Assembly (NCBI GenBank): GCA_964618075.1
Contig: CAZTZO010000007.1
Location: forward strand, 1 to 40,000
Origin: an uncultured Lachnospiraceae bacterium
Lineage (GTDB): Bacteria > Bacillota > Clostridia > Eubacteriales > Anaerofustaceae
Length of the DNA: 40,000 bases
Direction of reading: 5' to 3'
Part shown: positions 17,513-27,415 of the stretch, one piece after another
Position numbering within the stretch: position 1 is the first letter of the stretch
Layout of the letters: the number at the start of each line of letters is the position of its first letter
Translations under genes and position numbers: made by a program
The notes under the pieces: generated by a model
What the model saw: the letters and a program-made list of their open reading frames with translations, nothing else
What the model was told of the DNA's origin: nothing
The model's database searches: none

Positions 17513-18556
17513 ATGAACAAGGAAGACAGAAAGTTCGATATACTGTATTCAATAATAAAAGACTATATCAAAACAGCAGAACCCGTCGGCTCGCGAACGA
17601 TAGAGAAGAAGTACAATATAGGAATATCTTCCGCTACTATCCGCAACGAGATGGCTGATTTAGAGGAGATGGGTTATCTTTTGCAGCCGCATACGTCGGC
17701 AGGCAGAATACCCTCGGATAAGGCTTACAGGCTTTATGTGGATCAGTTCATGAAGACGATGGATATAGACAGCTATATATCCAAGGACGTCAGAGAGCTT
17801 TACAACCATTACTTCGGGGAATTAAACGAAGTACTTAAAAAGACGGCTCAGGTGCTTACGAAGCTGACAAACCTGACTTCTCTTATCACGATGCCGAATA
17901 TGTCCGGATTAAATATTAAGGATATACGAATAATACCGATAGAAAAAGAGAGAATACTGCTTGTCGTAATAACCAAGCAGGGTATAGTCAGAAACACTGA
18001 GCTTCGCTTAAGCTACGAAGCAGCGCAGGAAAGCCTTGACAAGCTTACAAATTTTCTGAACTTGTGCATAAACGACTTGCACGCGGAAATAGCGATTGCA
18101 AACTTCACTCAGGCAATAGACCAGCTGACCCCGCCCGAGCAAAAGATACTATCTGAAATAGTCGAAGCAATAAAAGTGATTTTCTCCGAGCAGAAGGAAT
18201 CAACAGTATATTCCAACGGCATAACGGAGATATTCAGATATCCGGAATTTCGCAACGATATGGATAAGGCGAAGAATTTTTTGGAGGCTCTGCACAGACA
18301 GGATTTACTCGCTCACTTATTTACGATAGCCGAAAACGACAGCGTAAATATTAGGATAGGCAACGAAAACGGCTGCGACGAGCTTGCAGACTGCTCTGTG
18401 GTGAGCGCAACATACAAGCTCAACGGAAGACCCATAGGCACAGTCGGAATAGTCGGGCCGACAAGGATTGATTACGACTACTGTGTTTCGGTGCTCAACG
18501 CAATGACAAAGGAGCTGACGAATCACCTTAACGAATCGATTGGAGGAAAAGACTGA
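17513..18556 (+). CDS. hrcA: Heat-inducible transcription repressor HrcA
   Basis: The N-terminal winged HTH is EPVGSRTIEKKYNIGISSATIRNEMADLEEMGYLLQPHTSAGRIPSDKAYRLYV. The gene is followed by grpE-dnaK-dnaJ. The start is set at MNKEDRK (AGGGG RBS); the longer track ORF would run through CIRCE. Confidence 0.95.
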   Translation: MNKEDRKFDILYSIIKDYIKTAEPVGSRTIEKKYNIGISSATIRNEMADLEEMGYLLQPHTSAGRIPSDKAYRLYVDQFMKTMDIDSYISKDVRELYNHYFGELNEVLKKTAQVLTKLTNLTSLITMPNMSGLNIKDIRIIPIEKERILLVVITKQGIVRNTELRLSYEAAQESLDKLTNFLNLCINDLHAEIAIANFTQAIDQLTPPEQKILSEIVEAIKVIFSEQKESTVYSNGITEIFRYPEFRNDMDKAKNFLEALHRQDLLAHLFTIAENDSVNIRIGNENGCDELADCSVVSATYKLNGRPIGTVGIVGPTRIDYDYCVSVLNAMTKELTNHLNESIGGKD

Positions 18557-18558
18557 AA

Positions 18559-19131
18559 TTGGATAAAAACGAAGAGAAGATTCTCGACGAGGAGCTTGAT
18601 AAAATACTTGCCGATGACGAGTGTGAAGAGGTTCAAAGCGAGGAATTCGAATCTCAGCAAGAACAGACAAATAAGGAAAATGACTCAGACAAGCTTAAAC
18701 AATTGGAAGAAAAGCTCAAGGAAGCCGAGGACAAATACTTAAGGCTTTACGCCGATTTCGAAAACTTTCGTAAACGCTCTTTAAAGGAAAAAACAGACGC
18801 TCTTATATATGCTTCATCTCCCATTATGGAAAAGCTTATAAATGTAGTCGATAATTTCGACAGAGCGCTGACAGACAGCGAGGACGACAGCCCGCTTTGC
18901 GAAGGAATGAAGATGGTGCAAAAGCAGCTGAATGAAATATTGTCCAGCGAGGGCTTGAAGGAAATAAAAACCACGGGCGAACAATTCGACCCGAATATAC
19001 ACAACGCGGTAATGGTTGAAAACAACGCGGACGTGCCCGACGAGCAGATCGTAAACGAGCTGCAAAAAGGTTACGTCTATAAAGATAAAGTAATAAGACC
19101 GTCCATGGTCACGGTCAATAAACACGAATAA
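18559..19131 (+). CDS. grpE: Nucleotide exchange factor GrpE
   Basis: Contains [14 protein letters not shown] and a C-terminal FDPNIHNAV...[14 protein letters not shown]. It uses a TTG start with a GGAGG RBS about 11 nt upstream. Confidence 0.9.
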   Translation: MDKNEEKILDEELDKILADDECEEVQSEEFESQQEQTNKENDSDKLKQLEEKLKEAEDKYLRLYADFENFRKRSLKEKTDALIYASSPIMEKLINVVDNFDRALTDSEDDSPLCEGMKMVQKQLNEILSSEGLKEIKTTGEQFDPNIHNAVMVENNADVPDEQIVNELQKGYVYKDKVIRPSMVTVNKHE

Positions 19132-19148
19132 TCAGGAGGATAAATATC

Positions 19149-21029
19149 ATGGGCAAAGAAAAAATCATAGGCATCGACTTAGGAACGACAAATTCATGCG
19201 TAGCGGTAATGGAGGGCGGAGAGGCTGTAGTTATACCAAACTCAGAGGGCGCCAGAACAACTCCCTCCGTGGTAGCCTTTACAAAGGACAATGAAAGATT
19301 AGTCGGTCAGGTGGCAAAGCACCAGGCTGTAACAAACCCCGATCGAACTATCAGCTCCATAAAACGTGAAATGGGAAGCTCTTACAAGGTAAATATAGAC
19401 AATAAAAGCTATACTCCCCAGGAAATAAGCGCAATGGTTCTGCAAAAATTAAAGAAGGACGCGGAAAGCTATATCGGCGAGAGCGTAACAAAAGCCGTCA
19501 TCACCGTACCTGCATACTTTTCGGATTCACAGCGTCAGGCTACAAAGGACGCAGGCAAAATAGCCGGTCTTGAGGTTCTTCGTATAATAAACGAACCGAC
19601 GGCGGCGGCACTTGCTTACGGACTTGACAAGGGAGAGAACCAAAAGGTAATGGTCTACGACCTTGGCGGCGGCACATTTGATGTATCTATACTTGAGCTC
19701 GGAGACGGCGTATTCGAGGTACTTGCCACAAGCGGCAACAACCGTCTGGGCGGCGACGATTTCGACGAAAGACTTATGAACTATCTTATCGACGAATTCA
19801 AGAAATCGACGGGTGTAGATCTCTCAGGCGACAAAATGGCTGTACAAAGACTCAAGGAGGCTGCGGAGAAGGCAAAGATAGAGCTTTCAAGCGCAACGAC
19901 TACAAACGTCAACCTTCCGTTTATCACAGCCACGGCAGACGGCCCGAAGCATTTGGATATTACTGTAACGAGAGCGAAATTTGAAAGTCTCATCGAAGAC
20001 CTTATCGAAAAGACGACAGAGCCTGTCAAGAAGGCTATAGCAGACTCAAAGCTTTCAGTAAACGATATAAGTAAGGTAATACTTGTCGGCGGCTCCACGA
20101 GAGTTCCCGCAGTACAGGAAGCTGTAAAGAACATAACCCAGAAGGAAGCCTTTAAGGGTATAAACCCCGATGAATGTGTAGCTATAGGCGCCGCAATACA
20201 GGGTGGTGTGCTTGCAGGTGATGTAAAGGACGTTCTTCTTCTGGACGTAACTCCCCTTTCGCTCGGAATCGAAACGCTCGGCGGAGTATTTACAAAGCTT
20301 ATCGACAGAAACACGACTATACCTACAAAGAAGAGCCAGGTATTCTCGACGGCGGCAGACAATCAGACCGCAGTTGACATACATGTCTTGCAGGGCGAAA
20401 GAAAAATGGCATCCGACAACAAAACTCTCGGACGCTTCCAGCTGGCAGGTATAGCAATGGCACCCAGAGGTATTCCTCAGATAGAGGTGACCTTCGACAT
20501 CGACGCAAACGGTATTGTCAGCGTGTCGGCAAAGGATATGGCGACAAACAACGTACAGAACGTCGTGATACAGTCCTCAACCAACATGAACGAAGAGGAC
20601 ATCAACAAGGCTGTTTCCGACGCTGAGAAATTCGCAGATGAGGATACAAAGAAGGAAGAGCTTATAACCGCACGCAACACTGCGGACAGCACAATATATC
20701 AGACTGAGAAATCCTTAAAGGACGCAGGCGACAAAGCCACCGAAAGCGAAAAACAGGCTGTTACCGATGCCATAGCCAAGCTTAAGGAAGCAATGAACAA
20801 CGACGACGCACTTGCTATAAAGGACGCAAGCGAAAAGGTCACGGAGTCCTTCTATCCGATAGCACAGAAGATGTACGCTCAAAACGGCGCACAGCCGAAT
20901 CAGGAGCAGGGCTCAACTCAGCAGGACTTTTCTCAGGGACAGCAGCAAAACAACGAAAATAACGAAAACAACAATAACGATGACAACGTAGTAGACGCGG
21001 ATTACGAGGTTGTCGACGACGACAAATAA
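19149..21029 (+). CDS. dnaK: Molecular chaperone DnaK (Hsp70)
   Basis: Hsp70 signatures [18 protein letters not shown] and [13 protein letters not shown] are present. Length is 626 aa. Confidence 0.98.
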   Translation: MGKEKIIGIDLGTTNSCVAVMEGGEAVVIPNSEGARTTPSVVAFTKDNERLVGQVAKHQAVTNPDRTISSIKREMGSSYKVNIDNKSYTPQEISAMVLQKLKKDAESYIGESVTKAVITVPAYFSDSQRQATKDAGKIAGLEVLRIINEPTAAALAYGLDKGENQKVMVYDLGGGTFDVSILELGDGVFEVLATSGNNRLGGDDFDERLMNYLIDEFKKSTGVDLSGDKMAVQRLKEAAEKAKIELSSATTTNVNLPFITATADGPKHLDITVTRAKFESLIEDLIEKTTEPVKKAIADSKLSVNDISKVILVGGSTRVPAVQEAVKNITQKEAFKGINPDECVAIGAAIQGGVLAGDVKDVLLLDVTPLSLGIETLGGVFTKLIDRNTTIPTKKSQVFSTAADNQTAVDIHVLQGERKMASDNKTLGRFQLAGIAMAPRGIPQIEVTFDIDANGIVSVSAKDMATNNVQNVVIQSSTNMNEEDINKAVSDAEKFADEDTKKEELITARNTADSTIYQTEKSLKDAGDKATESEKQAVTDAIAKLKEAMNNDDALAIKDASEKVTESFYPIAQKMYAQNGAQPNQEQGSTQQDFSQGQQQNNENNENNNNDDNVVDADYEVVDDDK

Positions 21030-21056
21030 TTAAGGCTGTTAGGAGGATTCTGCCAA

Positions 21057-22202
21057 GTGTCCAAACGCGATTATTACGAGGTTCTCGGCGTAGATAAAAA
21101 TGCGTCTGCAGATGAGATAAAAAAAGCATACAGAAAGCTTGCCATGAAATATCACCCGGACAAAAACCCGGGTGATAAGGCGGCAGAAGAAAAATTCAAA
21201 GAACTCAACGAAGCATACGAGATTCTCAACAACGAGGATAACCGCGCGCGTTATGACCAGTACGGTCACGCAGGATTTGAACAAAACGGCGGTAATCCTT
21301 ATTCGGGTTTCTCGGGCTTTTCGGGCTTTTCAGGAGGAGATTACTCGGATATATTCGGAGATATATTTAATATGTTCGGCGGCGGAGGAGGCTTTTCTTC
21401 GAACGGCTCATCTCAGAGAAGCGGCCCGAAAAAGGGAAGCGATCTCAGAGTCAATATAAACATTAGCTTCGAGGAGGCTGCTTTCGGCTGTGAAAAGAAA
21501 ATTAAAATGAGCCGCAAGGAAACCTGCTCGGAATGCTCCGGCTCAGGAGCTAAAAAAGGCACCAGCCCAAAGACGTGCCCTACCTGCGGCGGCAGCGGAC
21601 AAATTCGTGTAAATCAGAAAAGCATACTCGGAATGATGCAGACTGTGCGTACCTGTGACACATGCGGCGGAAGCGGGACAGTAATAGACTCGCCGTGCCC
21701 AAAATGCTCAGGTACAGGAAGCGAAAAGGTAGTAAGACAGATTACCGTAAAGATACCGGCAGGCGTTGATACGGGAAGTGTGCTTCCCTTAAGAGGCGAA
21801 GGCAACGCCGGAACAAAGGGAGGAAGAAGCGGCGACGTATATATTGTCATTAACGTAAAGCCGCACGAATACTTTGTCAGAGAGGGTACCGACGTAAGAC
21901 TCGATATACCCATTTCCTTCGTTGACGCAGCTCTCGGCTGTGAGCTTAAAATACCGACATTAGACGGAACGGTCAAGCTCAAAATACCAGAGGGCACGCA
22001 AAATTCTACGGTATTTAAGCTCAAAAACAAGGGCATAACAAATATAAACGGCTACGGCAAGGGCAGCCAGTATGTGACAGTAAACGTCGAAATACCGACA
22101 AAACTAAACTCAAAACAAAAAGCCGCGCTTAAGGGCTTTGCCGAAACTAATAACGATGAGACCTTCCAAAGAACGACATCGTTTTGGAGAAATATAAAAT
22201 AA
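21057..22202 (+). CDS. dnaJ: Molecular chaperone DnaJ (Hsp40)
   Basis: Has a J-domain with HPD (KYHPDKNP), a G/F-rich linker and four CxxCxGxG zinc motifs ([32 protein letters not shown]). The start is GTG. Confidence 0.97.
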   Translation: MSKRDYYEVLGVDKNASADEIKKAYRKLAMKYHPDKNPGDKAAEEKFKELNEAYEILNNEDNRARYDQYGHAGFEQNGGNPYSGFSGFSGFSGGDYSDIFGDIFNMFGGGGGFSSNGSSQRSGPKKGSDLRVNINISFEEAAFGCEKKIKMSRKETCSECSGSGAKKGTSPKTCPTCGGSGQIRVNQKSILGMMQTVRTCDTCGGSGTVIDSPCPKCSGTGSEKVVRQITVKIPAGVDTGSVLPLRGEGNAGTKGGRSGDVYIVINVKPHEYFVREGTDVRLDIPISFVDAALGCELKIPTLDGTVKLKIPEGTQNSTVFKLKNKGITNINGYGKGSQYVTVNVEIPTKLNSKQKAALKGFAETNNDETFQRTTSFWRNIK

Positions 22203-22313
22203 TCTATTACATTAAAGACTGCTACATGCTTAAAAGAAGTATAAGCGGTCTTTTGTTTTTATGTAAAAAGCTGTTATAATTCATTAAACGTTTATATAAG
22301 GGAAGTGCAGTAA

Positions 22314-22877
22314 ATGGAAAATACCGACAAGCTTAAGGAAGAGGAAATATCAACAGAGGAAATATTTAAGGGCAGACTTGTGCATCTTTTCAGAGCCACG
22401 GTAAAGCTTCCGAACGGCAACACTTCAACGCGCGAATACATGGAGCATCCAGGCGCAGTAGCCGTGATACCCATAGACGACAAAGGTAATATCACGTTTG
22501 TCAGACAATACCGCTATCCACTAAAGAGAGTTTCTCTTGAGGTTCCGGCAGGCAAGCTTGAAAAAGGCGAAGAGGTCGAAGCATGCGCTAAACGTGAGCT
22601 TTCTGAGGAAACGGGGATAGAAGCAAAGGAAATGAAGTATCTCGGCTGTTTTTTACCGAGCGTTGCGGTTTCTGACGAGCTTATCCACATATATACGGCA
22701 ACCGGGCTTTCCTACGGCAAAGCGCATACCGACGAGGATGAATTTATAGATCTTGTGAAAATACCTATGCAAAAAGCTCTTGAAATGGTTGAAAACGGCG
22801 ATATTCTCGATGGCAAGACGCAAATTGCACTGCTTAGAGCTAATAGATGCATATCAAAACAAGGATTATCGTTTTAA
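22314..22877 (+). CDS. NUDIX hydrolase (ADP-ribose pyrophosphatase-like)
   Basis: The Nudix box GKLEKGEEVEACAKRELSEETGI fits GX5EX7REUXEEXGU. Confidence 0.85.
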   Translation: MENTDKLKEEEISTEEIFKGRLVHLFRATVKLPNGNTSTREYMEHPGAVAVIPIDDKGNITFVRQYRYPLKRVSLEVPAGKLEKGEEVEACAKRELSEETGIEAKEMKYLGCFLPSVAVSDELIHIYTATGLSYGKAHTDEDEFIDLVKIPMQKALEMVENGDILDGKTQIALLRANRCISKQGLSF

Positions 22878-22937
22878 ATAAAAGATTCACTTCATTATCG
22901 AATCCTTAGTAACATAGTTTATATTTGCCTTACGCGC

Positions 22938-23620
22938 CTAAGTGTGCTGTAGGGCTCTTTTTATCCTGTACATTTTTCCGTCCTTACGAAAGAATGCTCC
23001 CGTCTGCTTGAAATGAAAGGATACTCCCGAAGCAATGCACTGATTTCTTAATGAAAGTATCCAGTCGTAATCGCAAACTCGTGCTTTTTCTCCGCTCTCC
23101 CCTCCCGCCACGACCTGAGATATATTCTGACTCAAGTATTCGGAAATATCGACCTTTTCCAAAAGGGGCTCGCATACTATGCATTTACGCTTTATAGGAA
23201 GTGAAAGATAAATAGGCAGACGGTAATTCGCCATAGCTTGGTTTTCCACGGTGCAGCATATCGTCACGTTATCGTATCCGTCCCCCAGTCCTGCGGAAGG
23301 CTTACGTTAAAGCGGTCTATTCTCTTGGTTATCATAAGAAAATCAAGATCGCTCCTCTGTTTTATCATCTGCCACGCTTTTTTTCGCATTTCGTCTGCGT
23401 CCTTATGAAAAAAATCCGACGAAAAGCACGTATATACCACATCGGGAGCTTTTATTTTATAGTTACCGAAGCGATCCCTTCTTATGGGCATATCGAACGA
23501 AAGCGTTTTTGTAAGAATCGAAGCGTCACGCTCATACCTTGCGTCCATGCGGTAAACATAGCAGTTTTCACAGCCCGGGCTTATCTTTGTGCAGCCGTGC
23601 CATGGATTCCAGTTGCTCAT
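22938..23620 (-). pseudogene. DUF5131 / phage Gp37-Gp68 family protein, split by a 1-nt frameshift
   Basis: The N-terminal ORF (23264..23620) carries WNPWHGCTKISPGCENCY and ends PQDWGTDTIT*. The next frame continues DGYDNVTICCTVENQ...GGESG...FHFKQTG, in ORF 22938..23267. The frames switch at the run of five C (plus strand, 23282-23286). Confidence 0.75.
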
Positions 23621-24691
23621 TTAGAAATCCTCGATTATTTCTTTGGAAAGCTCGCTTATGATAGCCTTTGCAAGGCTTACTGCGTTAAGGTAATCCTCAT
23701 AGTTCGCTATGCATGAAGGGCTGTGCGTATATCTTACGGGTATGCCTATGACTATCGTGGGAATACCGTTTTTTTCCGTGTGTATGCTTAAAGCGTCTGT
23801 CATACTCCCTGTGCGTACGGCGGTCTGTACGGGTATATCGTATTTATCAGCAACACTTAGAGCAAAGCGCATAAAGGCGGGATTTGTTATCATTCCTCCG
23901 TCTATATACCTGAGCATAGGGCCAAATCCCATTTTTGTCTGTTGTGCGTAATCCTGCGCTATGGTATCGTCGGCGGGACAGCCCTCAAAGCATATTGCTA
24001 TATCGGGAAGTATCCTTCTTACAGACGCCTTCGCTCCTCTGGCTCCCACCTCCTCCTGAGAAGACAATACTCCCTTTACATTTACTTTGAGATTTTCGCC
24101 TTCAAGCCTGTTTATCGTTTCTATAAGCGCCGCGCATCCCAAGCGGCAATCAAACGCTTTGCCTATGAGCGTACCTGTCTGTTCGTTTATCTTGCATATA
24201 GTCGAAAAACCGGCCGGCTCGCCCATTTGGACATGATATGTTTCTTTAGTCTGAGAAGCACTTATTGAGCCGATATCTATACATAGCTCTGTGTCTTTTA
24301 TAAAGGAAGCGTTTTTATCATAGTGAGGTGATACTGTGGAAATGACCGCACTTAAGTATTCACCCTGAGTATTTCTTACAACAAGCTCGCTTGAAGCAAG
24401 GCATTCCTTGGAAATAGGCCCGAGAGTAACAAATCCGAGAGTTCCGTCCGGTTTGACAGAATGTATCATAAAGCCCACCTCGTCACTGTGAGCATCAAGC
24501 ATGACTGTAGGGTATGTTTCGTTTTGTTCATAAGGAAAGATATAAAAGTTTTTCATTTTGTCGGTGAAGGTATCGTAAAATGTTACATACTGTCTCGCCG
24601 CTTTTATAACCTCATCTTCAAAACCGCTTGGCCCGAATGCGTCACAAAGGTGCGCTATCATTTCATAGTTTTGCTTATCTGTATTTTTCAT
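23621..24691 (-). CDS. M42 family metallopeptidase (glutamyl aminopeptidase / FrvX-like)
   Basis: Contains LCDAFGPSGFEDEV, LDAHSDEVGFMI and SSQEEVGARGA. The start is set at MKNTDK (24691), which has an AAGAGG RBS. Confidence 0.85.
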   Translation of the reverse strand: MKNTDKQNYEMIAHLCDAFGPSGFEDEVIKAARQYVTFYDTFTDKMKNFYIFPYEQNETYPTVMLDAHSDEVGFMIHSVKPDGTLGFVTLGPISKECLASSELVVRNTQGEYLSAVISTVSPHYDKNASFIKDTELCIDIGSISASQTKETYHVQMGEPAGFSTICKINEQTGTLIGKAFDCRLGCAALIETINRLEGENLKVNVKGVLSSQEEVGARGAKASVRRILPDIAICFEGCPADDTIAQDYAQQTKMGFGPMLRYIDGGMITNPAFMRFALSVADKYDIPVQTAVRTGSMTDALSIHTEKNGIPTIVIGIPVRYTHSPSCIANYEDYLNAVSLAKAIISELSKEIIEDF

Positions 24692-24754
24692 AACAACATG
24701 CCTCTTTATTTTATTGATTAATCGGATTATAACATAAAGTGTAATCATTTTCCC

Positions 24755-24783
24755 TTGACACGAGTACGATTTACATATAAAAT
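24755..24783 (+). promoter_or_regulatory. Candidate sigma-A promoter of the xpaC-telA-lemA-TPM operon
   Basis: TTGACA (24755-24760)-17 nt-TAAAAT (24778-24783). Confidence 0.45.
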
Positions 24784-24855
24784 TCAAGTATATACGGAAA
24801 TTTTCGACAAGCGACTTTTCAGATGAGCGAAAATTATCTTTAAGTGAGGTTTGCA

Positions 24856-25575
24856 TTGGAAAAAAAATCAGTTAAATCCAACCTGCCCATTTTGTTTTTA
24901 GGCGCAACATGGGTATTATACGCTATTATATTCCCGCTATACAGACTAAGCGATTTTCTTATCGTTCTTGTAGCCTCGCTCGCGGTGTTTTTCGTTACCG
25001 GCAAGCTTATCCCCAACACGTATGTGATGGTCGAAAAGGCTCCGATAAAAGCCTCGACAGGCAATGAAAAGCTCGATACTCTCATCAATGAAGCAAACGG
25101 CTACATAAGCAATATTCGTAAAGCAAATGACCGTATAGCAGACGAGGGCGTATCGCAAAAAATTACTCAGATAGAAAATATCACCACAAAGATATTCGAG
25201 TACGTGGCGAAGAACCCCGACACTCTGCCGAACGTAAGAAGATTTATTTCCTACTACCTTCCCACCACATTAAAGCTGCTCGACGCATACGCTGAGCTTG
25301 CCTCTCAGGGCGTACAGACGGCAAATATAACGACTATAATGAAAAAGATAGACGATTCACTTTCAACGGTAAAGGAAGCGTTCGAAAAACAGTATGACAG
25401 CTTATACGACTACAAGGCAATGGATATCTCAAGCGAAATATCCGTGTTTGAGGATATACTCTCAAGCGAAGGTCTTATAAAGAATAAGTCTGACGGAAGC
25501 GGTATTACGCTTACTCTTGAGGGAATCAATAATGACGCCGAAGCTATAAAGGTACCCGAAGAAACGATAAAATAA
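24856..25575 (+). CDS. XpaC-like (5-bromo-4-chloroindolyl phosphate hydrolysis family) membrane protein
   Basis: Two N-terminal TM helices are followed by a helical cytoplasmic domain, and the gene sits immediately upstream of a TelA/YaaN homolog as in the B. subtilis xpaC-yaaN pair. The start is ambiguous: GTG at 24844, or TTG at 24856 with GAGG 6 nt upstream. Confidence 0.6.
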   Translation: MEKKSVKSNLPILFLGATWVLYAIIFPLYRLSDFLIVLVASLAVFFVTGKLIPNTYVMVEKAPIKASTGNEKLDTLINEANGYISNIRKANDRIADEGVSQKITQIENITTKIFEYVAKNPDTLPNVRRFISYYLPTTLKLLDAYAELASQGVQTANITTIMKKIDDSLSTVKEAFEKQYDSLYDYKAMDISSEISVFEDILSSEGLIKNKSDGSGITLTLEGINNDAEAIKVPEETIK

Positions 25576-25622
25576 AACGAATACTCACAAATAATATAAA
25601 TTCGAAAGGAAATTTAACTTTA

Positions 25623-26816
25623 ATGGAAGAGAAATCATTGGAATTGCAGGTAGCGCAGGACGTACCCGAGAAGGACGGAGTACCCGTACTCACTCTTGAC
25701 GACGTACCCGCAGCAAAAATCGAAACGGTCATACAGCAGGCAAACGAGCTTAGCGTACAGGATACTCCTGTTGCATCGCAAGTACAACAAGAGAGCGTAT
25801 TGACGGAAAAAGAGAAAAAGGTTGTTGACGAGTTTTCAAAGAAAATTGATATAACCAACGCAACTCTTGTTCTGCAGTACGGCACAGGCGCTCAGAAGCA
25901 CATTGCCAACTTCTCTGAGGGTGCGCTTGCAAACGTGAGAAATAAGGATATGGGAAGCGTAGGCGATATGCTCACAAATCTCGTCGTAGAATTAAAGGGC
26001 TTTAACGGCGCTGAGAAAAAGGGACTTGCCGGACTCTTCCAGAAGCCTGCCAAGGCTATAGCCAAAATGAAGGCTCAATACACAAAGGTAGAGGGCAATA
26101 TTGACGACATAGTTGAAAAGCTTGAACATCATCAGGTCACATTGCTTAAGGACATAGCTCTGTTCGGAAAAATGTACGAGATGAACACAGACTATTTCAA
26201 AGAACTTACTATGTATATCGAAGCGGGCAAGCTCAGAATAAAGCAAGCCGAGCAGGAGCTTGAGGAAATGAAGAAAAAGGCTTCTGATAGCGGAAAAACA
26301 GAAGACGCACAAGCCGTCAACGATTATTCCAACCTTATCACACGCTTCGAAAAGAGACTTTACGACCTTGAGCTTACAAGAACTATCTCACTGCAAATGG
26401 GCCCGCAGATAAGACTTTTGCAGAACAACGACTCTCTTATGGCGGAAAAGATAAACTCTTCCATAGTCAATACAATTCCTTTGTGGAAAAGCCAGATGGT
26501 GCTTGCGCTCGGTCTTGAGAACTCTCGTCAGGCGATAGAGGCTCAAAAGGCTGTCACGGAGATGACGAATCAGCTGCTTAAGGAAAATTCCGAAATGCTC
26601 AAAATGGGCACGATCGAAGCGGCGAAAGAGGGCGAGAGAGGCATCGTTGAAATAGAAACTCTTCAGAAAACGAATGAGGATCTTATCTCTACAATAGAAA
26701 GCGTGCTGCAAATACAAAAAGACGGCAAAGCAAAACGCGCGGCGGCAGAAACGCAGCTCGGACAGATTGAAAACGAACTCAAACAGAAGCTTTTACAGGT
26801 AGCTCAAAACAGCTGA
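25623..26816 (+). CDS. TelA/YaaN family toxic anion resistance protein
   Basis: FSKKIDITNATLVLQYGTGAQKHIANFSEGALANVRNKDMGSVGDMLTNLVVELKGF matches the TelA N-terminal pattern. The protein is long, all-helical and 397 aa. Confidence 0.85.
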   Translation: MEEKSLELQVAQDVPEKDGVPVLTLDDVPAAKIETVIQQANELSVQDTPVASQVQQESVLTEKEKKVVDEFSKKIDITNATLVLQYGTGAQKHIANFSEGALANVRNKDMGSVGDMLTNLVVELKGFNGAEKKGLAGLFQKPAKAIAKMKAQYTKVEGNIDDIVEKLEHHQVTLLKDIALFGKMYEMNTDYFKELTMYIEAGKLRIKQAEQELEEMKKKASDSGKTEDAQAVNDYSNLITRFEKRLYDLELTRTISLQMGPQIRLLQNNDSLMAEKINSSIVNTIPLWKSQMVLALGLENSRQAIEAQKAVTEMTNQLLKENSEMLKMGTIEAAKEGERGIVEIETLQKTNEDLISTIESVLQIQKDGKAKRAAAETQLGQIENELKQKLLQVAQNS

Positions 26817-26842
26817 ATAATTTATCTAAAGCGGACAATGAT

Positions 26843-27397
26843 ATGAAAAATATAAAAAAACCTACGGCTATAATACTGTGCGTTCTTATGATAGCGCTCT
26901 CGATATTTTTCGGGGGAAGAATGTCGCTGAACAAAATAAGGAATCAGGCTCTTTCACTGTTTTATGAGGGAAACCCAGACGATCAGTTTGACCTCGGGAT
27001 TGAATACGACCTTGAGCGAAGGATAGCCTTTGCGGGCAATCTCGTAACTGTGGCAAAGAGATACACCGATTCGAATAACGCGCTCATAACAGCCGTACAA
27101 AGCGCATGTGACTCATTAAACAATGCAAGCGATCCGAGCGATAAATACAAATATAATCAGGCTCTTACGACTGCCTGTAACAACCTTTCCGCTTTCCTTG
27201 ATACACAGTCATTAAGCGTTAATGACGCTAAGTACAATACATCCATAAAAGCGGATATGGAATCGGCAAATCAGATCATAGGGCATTCGGACTACAACAC
27301 AAAGGCGGCTGAGTTTAACCAGATACTCAGAAAATTCCCCACGAATATATTGTGCAAAATTACCTTTGTGGAGCCGCTCAAGCAGTTTGCATACTGA
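26843..27397 (+). CDS. LemA family-like membrane protein (divergent)
   Basis: Has a single N-terminal TM. DLERRIAFAGNLVTVAKRY resembles LemA qlqRRxDLIPNLVxxVKxY. The C-terminal YNTKAAEFNQILRKFPTNIL resembles LemA YNxxxxxYNxxixxFPxNl. It is paired with a downstream TPM gene. Confidence 0.6.
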   Translation: MKNIKKPTAIILCVLMIALSIFFGGRMSLNKIRNQALSLFYEGNPDDQFDLGIEYDLERRIAFAGNLVTVAKRYTDSNNALITAVQSACDSLNNASDPSDKYKYNQALTTACNNLSAFLDTQSLSVNDAKYNTSIKADMESANQIIGHSDYNTKAAEFNQILRKFPTNILCKITFVEPLKQFAY

Positions 27398-27415
27398 TGA
27401 AACAAGGTGAAGATA

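Noticed and set aside
19781-20384. Long antisense ORFs inside dnaK (193 aa and 109 aa), with similar ones inside lepA, argH, argG, argJ and argC
   Set aside because: All lie fully within strongly supported conserved genes on the opposite strand, lack RBS sequences and have Ser/Leu/Arg-rich artefactual composition typical of antisense frames.
20920-21029. Asn/Asp/Gln-rich low-complexity C-terminus of DnaK ([16 protein letters not shown]...)
   Set aside because: Variable acidic or low-complexity C-terminal tails are common in bacterial DnaK. The conserved terminal acidic motif is retained, so it is not considered unusual.
22210-22262. Possible terminator after dnaJ (AAAGACTGC ... GCGGTCTTT followed by TGTTTTT)
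   Set aside because: The 9-bp stem includes a G-U pair and encloses a 22-nt loop, so predicted stability is marginal. It is plausible, but too weak to list as a feature.
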